A DNA stretch of 64,000 nt from positions 6,562,201-6,626,200 of the forward strand of contig NC_092670.1 of NCBI RefSeq assembly GCF_964355755.1, written 5' to 3'. Positions within the stretch are counted from its first letter, which is position 1. Each line of letters opens with the position of its first letter. The notes beneath the pieces were generated by a model, which made no database searches, was not told the origin of the DNA, and saw only the letters and a list, made by a program, of their open reading frames with translations. This DNA is from Antedon mediterranea (taxonomy: Eukaryota > Animalia > Echinodermata). A program made the position numbers and the translations under genes. This document shows positions 13,401 through 28,400 of the stretch, piece after piece.

Positions 13401-16400
13401 TGATTTATGAAATATAATGTTTTGAATGTATATATGTATACATGAGGTGTATGGGTTTGTTTTTTCATTGATATATTTATATACATTATTGTATGTATTG
13501 CAAGGTATAACATTTTACAGGCAATTTGATTTTCATTGTAACTCCCCCATCTGCTTTTGTTTATATATCATCGTCCCGTATATGTGTAGGTTGGATCACA
13601 CAGACTAATATTTTAGTTTCGATTATCAAGCTTTCTTACAGTGAGATCAATCCAGCTTAAGGTGTGTTTACCTAGATGGCTTTTAATAACCTCTAAACAT
13701 TTTAATGGTTTTATCTGCACTATCATCATCACCATCATTGAGGAGTAAATAATTGTCGCGTAATGATTTCTTTTGAATCTATAGATACGGAAAATCCTGT
13801 GTTTACCAACTGTCCAAATTCCCCAATAGAAGTATTGACTGATGAAGGCCTTGCATATGCCAACGTGTCATGGGATGACCCCCAACCTATGGACAATTCT
13901 GGCACGTTAACAGTTACTCAAGTGAATTATCCTGGTGATAGTTTTTATGTTGGAACTCATTCTGTTAACATAACAGCTGAAGATGAAGATGGTAACATTG
14001 GTGTCTGCACTTTTGTGATAATTGTCAAAGGTAATACTGCTACTGTGTACATCTTTTGTAAATAAGGATGAAGCATATTGTAGCCAACGGAACATCCCAT
14101 TTGAAGATCCTGTAACCGTTTTCATGTTTTTAATTACAACCACCACATTGTATCAGATGTTTGTGCGTGTTTACAGGACCATCAGCGCAACCTCACATAA
14201 AACGATTGATAGTAAAGTAATAATCTTCCTAAGAACATAATATTATAAAAATTCAACTTAACCTTTTCACATGTCATTTCCTTTCTTTCAGATGAAGAAG
14301 ATCCTGTACTAATTGGATGTCCAATGGACATTATTTTGAATACTACAAGTATGCTTTCATATTCTAATGCTACTTGGATGACCCCAAATGCTTCAGATAA
14401 TTCAGGCAATGTTGCCTTAATCTCTACACATAAGCCAGGTGATGGCTTTGCAGCAACAACCACTGAAGTCACTTACACAGCAACTGATCCGTATGGAAAC
14501 GAAGCAATGTGTACATTCAATGTTACTGTAATTGGTAAGAATAACGTTTAATTTGTCTTAAACAAGTACTATAACACATTTCAATGTATTTTCTTTCAAA
14601 AAGATACTTTTCATAAAGAGAAAGATAAACTGTACAACAAAATGTACTTTAGATAATGTACTTTTATTAATTTATTAAACAGATGCCGAGTCTCCTACTT
14701 TGCACTGTGTGTCCAATGTGACTGTGTACACCTACTTCAATTCAGCAACAGCTAATGTAACTTGGCCAATACCAGAAACAACAGACAACAGTGGGTTAAA
14801 ACCTACATTAACCTCTAACTATGAACCAAATACACTGTTCGATATTGGAACAACTCTAGTAATGTACACATCAACAGATGCATCAGAAAATGTGCAAACT
14901 TGCATGTTCAATGTCACTGTAATTGGTAAGTACACTTGATATGATGAAGAAAATACATGAAAAAATACAAAAATATGTATGTATTTATTTTGTATTTACT
15001 TTTTTTTGCAGATAATGAAAATCCTGTATTTGATTGTCCTAGTGGCAACATTATGACATATACAGATGAGTCACAATATTATTCAACTGTTTATTGGAAT
15101 GTGTCAGTTATTGATAATTCAGGTAATGTTACATATAATTGTACAAGTGAATCAGGTGACCAGTTTAAGGCGATTTGGCCAATTATACAACAAAATGTAA
15201 GCTGTATGGCACAGGATCCTTCAGGAAATGACGTATCTTGCTTTTTCACCGTAACGGTCGATGGTGAGTTTATCATGGTTGTGAAGATTGTCTTGCACAC
15301 AAATATGTTTCTTTTACAATTAAAGTCTACAATGTTAAATCAAAATACAAAGACAACAAATAATTGTTTTCAATATTAATCTATAAGTTCAGTAAAAACA
15401 ATTTATCATGGTGTATTTAATTATTGTTCTATATATTTTAAAAAATCTTATCTTAAAAATATTATTACATTAATATTATTAACTTGTCCCTCTGTTATTT
15501 TTTTATCTTATGTGGGTTCATCCCACTTTTATTTCCATACATATGTTCTCTTTACATATATTTTTCTATGAACATTTTCATTTCAATACACTATACATAT
15601 TATTATATTAACAATGTTAGTTTTGTTCATTTGTTTACATATTATCACATTGATTTTTGTATTTATATTTTCTCTTCATAGTTTCCTCTTTATATACATA
15701 TTATCGATTATCTATAATACATTTTCATTAACAAGATTATTTTTTCATATCTACATGCATATTTATTTCCTAAAATTATAATATATTTTATGTTTAATAA
15801 ATCCATCTAATTTAGCATCTCCTCTCCACTCTGTTGTTTATAGAGTATCAGTCAGCAAGAAATTGTTTAAAATAATTCTGTTTTTCTTATAGATAATGAG
15901 AATCCAAATATAACATGTCTCAGTGACGTTAATAAGACAACAGACAATGGACAACCAACAGCTTGGATTCAATGGGATGTTGAATACACAGACAACACAG
16001 AATCTCTATATAATCTCAGCCTAACAGGATTAGGTTTAAATTATAATCCATCTGGTGAAAACTTTCCTATTGGAACAACAACAATTGAATATACAGCAAC
16101 TGATGCATTTGAAAACAATGCTAGCTGTACCTTTTATGTCACTGTGCGAGGTGAATACAAAATGATTTGGTTTACAACTATTATTTCTTCTGATTATCCT
16201 ATGTTCTATCTGCCTATTAATGTCTGCAATATTTCTAAAAGTTAATATTGTTGAATTGCATTTATAACTCAAAACCAAATCTGAAATAAATCTAGATATC
16301 CCATAATAGTGATGATTTATTTTGAGAAATGTACACTGTTTGCGTTTTCAATTGTTAAAGAAATCTGGAGAATTGCTAAACTTGAGTATAACTTATTTTA

Positions 16401-19400
16401 ATAAATTTTTCTCAGCACAAATATAAAATATAATGATTTGATAAAATAATGTATTTTATCAAATTGCATTTTTCTTTTATTCTAAATGAACAGACGAAGA
16501 AGCTCCATATATGGCTGGTTGTCCAATGGACATTATTTTGAATACTACAAGTATGTTACCATTCACTAATGCTACTTGGATGACTCCAAAAGCTACAGAT
16601 AATTCAGGCAATGTTACCTTAATCTCTACACATGTACCTGGTGATGGCTTTGCAGCAACAACAACTCAAGTTACTTACACAGCAACTGATCCGTATGGAA
16701 ACGAAGACATCTGTATATTTAATGTTACTGTAATCGGTAAGTAATATTAAATGTATAACAAACATATATACTTAAAATTAACAGTGCATGTAATTAACCA
16801 TGTTTTTATGCACAATGTACATGTTAAACTCTTATTTCAAAGTATGAATAAGGTATTTTTTCAATTATTTACACAGATACAGAGTCTCCTACTTTGGACT
16901 GTGTGTCCAATGTTTCCGCGTACACCGATTTAAATTCAGCAACAGCTAATGTATCCTGGCCAATACCAGAAACAACAGACAACAGTGGTTTAAAACCTTC
17001 ATTAACCTCTAACTATGAACCATATACTCTCTTTAATATCGGAACAACTTTAGTAATGTACACGTCAACCGATGCATCAAATAATATGAAAACTTGCATT
17101 TTCAATGTTACTGTAATTGGTAAGTAAAATTGATACGATAAAGAAAATATATGAAAAAAATACTAAAATATGAAGATATGTTTTTTATTTTGTATTTATT
17201 TTATTGCAGATAAAGAATATCCTGTATTTGAATGCCCTAGTGGTAACATTATGTCATATACAGATGAGTCCCAATCATACTCAACTGTTTATTGGAATGT
17301 ACCAGTTACTGATAATTCAGGTAATGTTACATATGGTTGTACGAGTGAATCAGGTGACCAGTTTAATGCCGTTTGGCCAATAATACAACAAAATGTAAGC
17401 TGCATGGCACAGGATCCATCTGGAAATGACGCATCTTGCTTTTTCGCAATTACAATTGAGGGTGAGAATATTGTGATTATTGATTTATATTTATTTATTT
17501 TTAATAATATAAATATTTGTAAAATCTCAAATCTGAAGTGTAGAATAGCAGATTTTAATGTTTAAAAAAAAACATCAATATTATAAATAATTGAATGCAT
17601 AAACATAATAATGTTATAAACATAATATGTTATAAAATCAGATGGAATTGTATACAAACATATTATGTTTGCATACAATTCCGTCGGATTTTACATTGAC
17701 CAAAATTCATAGGTTTAATAATATTCAATATTACACCATACAAATATATTCAACATTTTCAAGTAACAGAAATTATTGTTCTTTTTTTAATTCATAGATA
17801 ATGAAAACCCAATCATAAAATGTCCAAGTGACTTCAATGTGACAACAGACAATGGAAAAGCAACAGCTTGGATTCAATGGGATTTTGAATACACAGACAA
17901 CACAGAATCTTTGTATGAGCTCAGCCTAACAGGATCAGGTTCAAGTTATAATCAATCTGGTGAAAACTTCCTTATTGGAACAACAACACTTGAATATACA
18001 GTAACTGATGTATTTGGAAACAGTGATAACTGCACATTTATTGTCTTTATACGAGGTGAATATACACTAGCATTGCTTTTAAAGATTATTTTAAATAATA
18101 TTTTTATTTTTACACAAGCTATATTGCATAATCGTCCTCTGTACGAAATTTGAATCCAACAAAGACTACTTCTAAACCTATAAATACCGAAAGTTAGCAA
18201 AAACTCATTTTAGAACATGAACTGTTGTCTTTTGAATTCAATATAGTAAATTGTTATCCACACATTGTCTTACGTTTATTGATTATAGAAATTAAAAATT
18301 AACTGAATAACCTAATTAGTATTACATCATCATGCAGATATTGAGAAGCCAATGCTGAATTGTCCAGATGGCATTGTAAACGTGACTTTGATTGGTGAGG
18401 CATATGGTATTGCCAATTGGGTTGAACCAGACATTACAGACAACTCTGGCATCATTCATGTGAACATGTCAAATTACTTTTCTGGTGATCGCTTCTACCC
18501 AGGCAACACAACAGTTTATTATTTTGCTGAGGATCCATATGGAAACTCTGTTAATTGTACATTTATTGTTACAATCTTTGGTAAGATTAATTACCGTTTC
18601 GATTGTTTGTCTTATGTATAACTACAAAGTCAGTCACATGTTTAATAAATATTTAAATTAAATTATAATTTTTCCTTTCTGCTATTTCGCTCAAATTAAA
18701 CTAATTAATTGTATTAGTTTAAAATGGCTTTGGCTGCGCAGAAAAATAATTCTAGATCTAGTAAAGAAATGTCCTTATTCTCAATGATATAAATTTTGGA
18801 GGTTTAGGAATAAATAACCAACTATAGACCACGTTGTCATAAAAGAAGGGCACATTTCATTTATTAGTTTACAAATCTACCAAAAGAAATCTCATTATTT
18901 CCTTATTTCTTAAAAAAATGAATAAAAGCTGACTATTGATGTCTGTTTCTCCCTCAGATGTTGAGATACCGATATTTGATCCATGTCCCAGTAATATAGA
19001 CGTAAACACAGATCCCAGACTGCCATATGCTGTAGTAAATTGGAATATTTCAGTATATGATAACGTTGGTGTTATTGAACTTAATAGCAACTATGCCCCA
19101 TTTGATACATTTAATATCACAGTTACAGAGGTAAAATATGTTGCAACAGACTCTGAGGGCAACGAAGCAGAGTGTACATTTAATGTCACAGTAACAGGTA
19201 ATAATGATTTGGTCAGGTTATCAAATTATTTAAAATTGTAATGTCTACTTACAAATGTTCAGGTGGCCGTACATAACCCTAGCTAAAAAAGGTAACATGA
19301 CTGAGATATACAGTCCAAACAGTCAGATATCTGTGAACCCAACATTGCTGTAATGTTATTTGACGTGACCAGGTAAAAAATAGCACATTTGGGACATATG

Positions 19401-22400
19401 ATCTCCATACAGTCACCAGTTAAATCAACGTTTCTCAAACATTATGGTTAAATGAAACCCGACTTGTTATGGATATCTTCTGACTCTGGGACAGACATAG
19501 GCTACATAAGACTTGTTATTGCTCTGTTTTGTCAATAGACTAGATAGACAGAACACCTAATTTGTTTATGGGCTAGATATTTTCACAACCAGAACTTGAG
19601 AAAAGCTTCTTTAACATAATAGTAATGTTCTAATGCAACTACAAACTTAAATCTTATCTCTTAATAATATTTGTTTATATTTGTCGAATATTAATATTTA
19701 GCACACTTTTTCAGATACTGAGCCTCCTAAATACATTGGATGTCCTACTAATATGATTGTCATGGTTCCTGTTGGAATGGCCAATAGATCTGTAACATGG
19801 ATAGAACCAGCAGCTACTGATAATGCCGGAGTATACAATGTAACATCAACTCACAATCCTGGTGATACATTTGAAATTGGCACAGTTACAGTGACATACA
19901 CCGCATTTGATACTGCCGGATTAAAAACAACATGTGTGTTTGAAGTAACAGTTCAAGGTATTTGTTTGTTGGTGTACACTTTCTACCACTTACATTTAAA
20001 CTAATAAGTGGTACAGTTAAGGTTATCCCTATAATTGCGTTGTACTGTAGGTGTGCTCATATACCCTAATGATTTATTTCCGATTATCAAGCTTGCGTAT
20101 AGTGCAATCAATCAAGATTGAGTTTTGCTTATCTAGACGCCTTTTGATAAACTATACATACAGTAATCATCTTCGTCCTCCTCTATGTGGACTAATTGTA
20201 CTGATTTATTTTGAATATAATATAGATACAGAAGATCCTGTGTTTATCAACTGCCCAATGTCTCCAATAGAAGTAGTCACTGATGAAGGCCTTGCATATG
20301 CCAACGTGTCATGGGATGAACCCCAACCTATGGACAATTCTGGCATGTTAACAGTTACTCAAGTGAATTATCCTGGTGATGGATTTTATGTTGGAACTCA
20401 CTCCGTTAACATTACAGCTGTAGATGAAGATGGTAACATTGGCATCTGCTCTTTTACTGTAATTGTCCAAGGTAATCAATGTTTGTGTTGAGCGTGTAGC
20501 AGCCTAATGCTTGCTTATTATCATGCACTTTATTCTGCCACATGTAGTTTTACACCAGTGCATTATTTATTTCTCATTATACTGCCGTTTTTTATGCTAT
20601 TCCTAAAGTATGCAACATTTTAAGTCATCACAACATATTTCTTTTCTAATTTCAGATAATGAAAATCCGGAATTCAATTGCAGCATTGGCAATGTATTAG
20701 TGGAAGTAGATATGAACAGTCCTACTGCACAGGCTGATTGGACATTACCAGACGCTACTGATAACGTAGATGTCGTCAGAATGACACAAAGTCATAACCA
20801 GTCATATTATTTTGATATAGGCATGACACTGGTGACTTACATGGCATGGGATGATGCTGACAATCAAGATTCATGCTCATTTTATGTTATTGTAATAGGT
20901 AATATTTGTTTAAGTTTCATTTTTACAGAGACCATCCAATCAAATACGATTATATAAATATTATATCATATAGTTACCTGCTCCGATAATTTAATGTTAA
21001 TTTCTGCTATAATAAATGTAGAATTCGGTTCTGAATATGACAAATTCACAATATCTTTTACTTTAACAAAACCCTTGATAAATTGATCATTTACATTTGA
21101 ATTGATCATTTACATTTTAATTGATCACATACAATATTTATTATACAGATAAATATCCACCAGTAATTTCAGACTGTCCTGATTACCCTGTTATGTCATA
21201 CACTGACCCTGGTCAAGCTACTGGCACTGCCAACTGGACTGAACCAATAGCTTCTGACAATTCAGGTTACCTCAACTGGTATAAATCCAATCTACCATTT
21301 TCATTATTCCCAATTGGTGAAACATTGGTGTCCTACAACGCAACAGACAACAGTAGTAACACTGCTATCTGTTTGTTTTCGGTTGATATTGTTGGTAAGT
21401 TTGCTTTAAGTTTGGCTCTATGGTTCATGGTTTCATGCAGATTACATATTGTTTTCGCATCTTAGTAATAGTATAATCTTTGTTGGCCACTTGCTGACTC
21501 TCATCTTCTTGCAAATAATATAAACTTTTAGTATGTATAGAGTGTTATAAAAACATTTTAGTTACAGTTAAAGGTTTTTTTCCTAAAGTAAAATTTAGAA
21601 AGTACCTTCACTCTTAGATTAAACGAAAAAAAAAAAAAATCCTTCAATCCACGTATTGTTGTATGTTGTCTTTAACAAAAGTGGAAGAATTTGCTTTCTT
21701 ACGATGAAAACAAATAAATTACATAATTCTTTTTCTTGTTATTTTTTTCCGACAAACTTAGACTACGAGGCTCCCATTTTTTATACTTGTCCATCAAATA
21801 TTACTATGGCTACTGATCCTAATCTAGCATCAGCAATAGTGAACTGGAGTGACCCAAGTGTGTCGGACAACAGTGGAGAGATCTTGTTGAGTGTTCAGTC
21901 TCATATGTCTGGTGACATGTTTAGAATAGGGCAAACATTAGTTGTATATAATGCAACTGATTCTTACAACAACATAGCAGTTTGTTCTTTCATTATTCAT
22001 ATTTATGGTAAGTGCTGATTTTGTTTTATGATACATATGTTGATGTCCTGTAAGATAAGATAACAACCACAGAAGAATTCAGCCCTCTTTATTTAGTATA
22101 CGTATAGTTTGAAAATGACTTGGCGTGACCGAGTTATTTTCCATAATGTTACCTGTGTTGAAAATCATGATAGTGTGTTAAACATAGAAACACTTTTATT
22201 TGTAATGATAGTATCTAAATTTTGGTTTCAAGTTGATTTTGTTCACTCGAAATGTTTTACATTACATTTAGTATTTCTTCAATTTACTATTGGTAATTTT
22301 CAATAGATGATGATGATCCAAACTTGCAGTGCCCATCTGATATTACAACTAATACAACATATGGCCAACATGACACATACAATGTCACCTGGAGTGATCC

Positions 22401-25400
22401 GATTGTAAATGACAATTCTGGTGAAGTTATAAAACCAACGTCCAAGTACACATCTGGAAACAATGCTTTTAACATTGGAAGTACTGTTGTTATATATGAT
22501 GCAGTTGATAGCTCAGGTAATGCAGCAATGTGCAACTTTACAATTACAGTTACTGGTAAGTATTCTTTCATTGTTTGTTGTATTTCAATTGAATATAATT
22601 TAAAATCAAAGCATTGTATGTACCTTTGCAAAGATGAAAACAAAACACGAGGCAGAAATAAGTTATTTATCGGGAACCAATGTAATTTCCCGGTATTTTT
22701 AAAACATACGCCACAGTTTTTAAACCTTAGTTTATTGTAGTTCTTATAGTAACCCAGTTTTAGATTAGTATTTAAATATACTTTGATATTTACATTAATT
22801 TATTTACATAGAAATATTACAGTGCTCTATTTTATTTTAGATAAGGAAAATCCAGTAATCAATAACTGTCCAATTGATACGACAGTAAACACTACTACGG
22901 GACTACCGACTGCTAATATCTCTTGGATAGAACCAACAGCAATTGACAATTCTGGGTATTGGGGTCTCACAGCAGACATAGGACCAGGAAGTGAGTTCCC
23001 AATTGGCAATATTGTGGTGACATACACTGCTGAAGATCCATATGAAAATACTGCTACGTGTTCATTTACTGTCACTGTAGAAGGTATGTTAATACTTATT
23101 TTGACCAAAGTGATTATGAAGTAGTCAGTAGCTTTGCTATTATATATAATTGAAATAAGTACGCTCTCAAAAGGAAAAAAAACAATCAAGTACATCTAAT
23201 CTGGTACATATACTGTACATGTTTATTTACTTGTTTATATGTATAAAGATTTGTGTTATCTTTTTATAATTATAGACATCGAAGCACCAGTGTTTACATT
23301 CTGTCCTGATAGTCAGTCAGTAAACACTACTAACGGAGAATATATCGGTGTTGCTACATGGAACACACCAACAGCTAGCGACAATTCAGAAACTTTACCA
23401 ATTATCGTTGGCTCACACAACACCACATTTAAATTCCCAGCTGGGAATACACTGGTACAATACACTGCAACTGATCCATACGATAATGTTAATACGACGT
23501 GTACTTTTACCATTACAGTTGAAGGTATTCTTTTGAGTAATTTCTCTTGTTGATTCATTTCATAGTTATTATTACAATAACATTGATACTGTTTTTCCGT
23601 TATTTTCTTATAACTTGTTTTATGATATTCTATATCAGTACACTATGTAAAATACGATATTAAATACACGTGGATCTGAACTTTTCTCTGCCATGAGCCA
23701 TCTGAATAAACATTGAAGCTATTTCATTTTACAATTATGATAATATATGTTGTCATCATTTGTAATGTATACGTTATAAGCCTATGCCCCTGTGGCCGTT
23801 TTTTCACATGTATATATTCTGAGATACCTCTCCATTTCTTTTTTCTCCATGTTCTTCATATATATACATATATATATATATATTTAAAGAATGCAAATAA
23901 AGAAAGAATGCATTACTGTACTTGTTTCATTAAGTTATAATAATATCTAAAAAAACTTGAAATCACAGATAATGAAGCACCAATTATTACGTCTTGCCCT
24001 GACAATATTGAGACAACTACTGATACTATAACAGATTCTACCACTGTGACTTGGACACCTATTACTACAGCTACCGACAACTCGGGTGTAGCACCAAACA
24101 TCACTACTACTATTGAGCAAGGAGCAACATTGGCCATTGGGAATCATACCGTTGATGTAACTGCAACCGACAGTTCTGGAAACATCAACACCACATGTTT
24201 TTTTAATATTGAAGTTTTAGGTAATAAATTACATAATGTACTCATCCTTTGTATTGAAACTGCATGTAAATGTATTCTAATTTATTAACCCTTTAAATTA
24301 ATTATTTTGGCCTTCAATATCTAATTATAATCTAACTCAACCTGATTAGAGTATACTGGATTTCCCTATGGTAAAAATCAGTATCGAAATCAGTATCAGT
24401 ATCAGTACATATACCAGTTTACTGTATTTGACATTATGTAAATTTATATATTTTTGCAGCTAAAACTATCCAAATAATCATCTTAATTTCCTTCTTGTAG
24501 ATGATGTACCTCCTGTACTTACATGTCCAAATGATATATTTGTTATGCTTGGAAATACAAGTTCTACCGTTGTTGTCAACTGGACACCAGCTAGTGTTTT
24601 TGATAATTCTGGGCTGGCTATAGTGCTTTATTCTTCACCAAAGATGAGTGGTGACAAGTTTAATATTGGGACTTTTGTTATAACTTATACTGCCATTGAT
24701 GCTTTTCACAATATAGCTACGTGTACCTTTACAATAACTGTTAGAGGTAAATGAAAATCAACTCAATTTTTGTAATTTTATAGCGATTTAAACTTTACTG
24801 GTATAATAAGTACTTGGCTGTAGGCGACGCAATTAGCATAATACATTCCACTGGCTGCATAAAAAAGATTTATAATTCAAAGGTGCATGACCAAGTAGCC
24901 TGTCATATGATGCCAAATTGTAGAATGGTTATAAGGTATGATATATCTGCTGACCCATATAAAATATCTAAAACTGTATTGATTTTTTTTATAGATTTGG
25001 AATTACCATATTTTGAAAAATGTCCGGAATCGTTTACCGTAGGAACAGATCCTGGATTAGCAACAGCTAATGTGTCATGGGTTGAACCAGTTGCTATTGA
25101 CAATAATGGTATAAACAGAACAGTGCAGAATTATTATCCCAATCAGATGTACAATATTTCAACATACACTTTGATGTATGTTGCTTATGATAACTCAAAT
25201 AACAATGCAACCTGTGAATTTGTCATTTCAGTGGAAGGTAGGTTTAACGCAAGCATTTGAATACGCAATCATTTGAATACCTAAATATATTTTGAGACTG
25301 GTGAATTGATTCCTTATTTTTAAACATCTTTTTATAATTTGCACTTTATAAATTCAAAACCATTACCCATTCACACGTACAATACAAATGTAACAGAGCT

Positions 25401-28400
25401 TTCAGATGCTAGTTTTGTCATGGTCGGTATTATGTAAAATAAACGCCTAGATTGTTTCTGTCGTCTTGAAAATACTCGATTTGAGCTCAGGTATTATACG
25501 TAAGAAATATTAAGTTGAAACACTGTCTAGAACCTGGACTATATATAAACTCCATTTAAAAAAACTCATGACTCATTGGTGTCGAAGATACCGACCGTAC
25601 ATTTGTTTTAAGAGTTGACACAGAAACATTTTTACACGTTTGTATCAAAGTTATCTGTAAATCGAGTATTAGTTATAGCCTACTTAGTTACTTAAATGCA
25701 TATAATGGCAGGTTTACATCTTTCATACCCGGCTAACTTATCTACCAGTACAACCGCAGTGTGTTTTAACCTAAAGTATAACACATGTTGTAGACTTATA
25801 TAATATCAAAATGAAACATTGTTTTTTGTTCTTTCCAGATAAAGAACTTCCAAATATTATATGTCCTGATAATATAACAAAGGAAACAGATCCTGGAATA
25901 GCCTTGACATTAGTAACTTGGAATGTACCTGTACCAACTGATAATGTAGCAATTTTGCCAACCAGCGCAGTGGCTATTCCTCTCGTTTCTCCTCCTGTAC
26001 AAATTTCTATTACTGGTAATGTGGCATATGAGCAAGGTTACACAGCAGAAGATACTTCAGGGAACATTGCTTCCTGTACATTCTATATCACGGTTGAAGG
26101 TATTGTACATTCTTCAGTTTCTGAATCTCATGGTTTACACTATTGTTTTAGAAAAACATGAGTATGTTGAAATCGACATCTTACAAGTATTAATATGTTG
26201 AAATTTACCAGGGACGACGTTGAATTGTTGCATTAAAATATACATTGGGTAATGGTAATATCTGTCAATCATGTGAGAGGTTGGGTTCAAAACCGTTACC
26301 ATTTGTTTGTATCTCCAGTCAATGTTCTTTATACTCATTGCCTCGTATCTCGTGCTTGATCTGTGTGTGTAAATTCTTCGTGGTACCATAAACGGTATGG
26401 TACATGATTAAAAAACCTATGGGATTATCTTCCATTTTGCTGATCGTGGTCCTATACACTAAGCCTACTGCGAGAGCAGTCTTTTACCGAAGAGGTCACC
26501 TCTGAATACACGATAGACAAGTCAGTAAAAGTGAGATTTCTGTGGATACAATTTTAAGATAATCTGATTGCTGGTACAAAAGAAAAAAGAAATTCTAATA
26601 AATAATTTTCAACATGGTGTATAAATATTTTTTTAACAGATAAAGAACCACCTGTGATTACTGACTGTCCTCCGGATATGAATTTGACAACATCTTCAGG
26701 TATACACTATACTACTGCTACCTGGACAGAACCAACGGCAGAAGATAATGCAGGAACTCCAAAACTTGTAACAACACACAGTAGTGGAAGCAAGTTTTAC
26801 ACAGGTGACACGATTGTAACATACACAGCCGAAGATGGTTTTATGAATACTGCTACGTGTAATTTTACAATAAATGTACAAGGTTAGTGTTAAATTTTAA
26901 TTAGTTACTACTTCTACTTTTTTTATATTTTATATAATTCTTTAAAAAAATATTTCCAAAAATAAAAAACAAACAGGCATCACATAACAATTGTAATAAG
27001 ATATCAAATGATGTAAAGAAATAATCTGGTATGTCATCGTAAAATTAAAATGAAGAGTTCACAAAAAATGAACACAATTTAAGAGCATGTTATTCTTCTA
27101 CAAGTGAAAATTAATAATTAATTGATGATTAATATGCTTACGATATTACTTTACTTTATTGCCAACAAAAACATAAACAATCATCATTAACAAAAGGAGA
27201 TTATTAACTTCATATCCCAAAATGATGGTTTGATCATTTAAACAAAAGTTATAAATCCTCATATTCTAACGATATCTCATATTGTTATTTATTAAGTTAC
27301 ACTCTTATAATAAATGTTTCACTGTATCACTTTTACAATAGGAGAATGATTTATATATATATATATGTATAATTTGTTTAGATATTGAACCACCAGAGGC
27401 GTTGACCTGCCCAGAGAATGATACCTATAGTACAGACCCTGGAGTTCCTTACAAAAAAGACATTAATTGGACAGTACCTGTATTCCAGGATAATGTACCT
27501 GGACTCTTAGATTACAGCAGTAATATAAATCCGTCATCAAATACATTTCAACTCGGAACTACAATGGTGACGTATGAATCTACAGACACATCAATGAACA
27601 CTGGGTATTGTATTTTCTACATAACAGTCATTGGTAAGAAATTACATTGCTATATTTTTAAAATCCCTCCTCACTCCATAATGACCGCTATATTGGAGCC
27701 ATTGATACCCATGTGCCTGCAGTGTGAACATGTGTATAATGAACAAAAATGTACAAAATCTCTCTTCTTTTATAATAATAGATGATGAAAACCCACAAAT
27801 ATCCTGTCCTGACAATGTGAATATCCATGCTGGTGACGGGTCATCTGGAGCGGTGGTCAAATGGTCACTGAATATCACCGATAACACCGATGACTTACGA
27901 GTGTCTGGGACCGGTACACAGTACAACCAATCTGAACATGAGTTTCCAATTGGCGTTACAACATTAGAGTATGTGGTAACAGATGGATTTGGAAACATGG
28001 ATAACTGCACTTTTACAGTAATTGTTATAGGTACTACTTTTTATTCATTTGTTACGGTATACCATGAGACTGTTATGCATCAAACCGCCACTTTCTTAAC
28101 ATAGCAAGCATTAAATACTGTTATGTTGTAATACCTAATAATTATTTGAATTGATACTTTCTATAGATGAGCAAGATCCAGTATTTAAAACATGTCCAGA
28201 TAGTATTATTACAGAAACTGATCCGAGGGCATCAACTACACGTGTAAGTTGGGACACTCCTGACATTGAAGATAACTCAGGTCAAGTGTCACTAGTTGCG
28301 TCAACGAGTCCTGATAGTTCGTTTAATATTGGAACCACTTCTGTTGTATACATTGCTAGTGATAACAGCAATAACATTGCAATATGTTCATTTAATGTCA

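Noticed and set aside
25416-25601. Short inverted repeats (GGTCGGTAT/ATACCGACC; also 30229-30298 CCAGTGCA/TGCACTGG)
   Set aside because: Too short and degenerate to call as MITEs with confidence.
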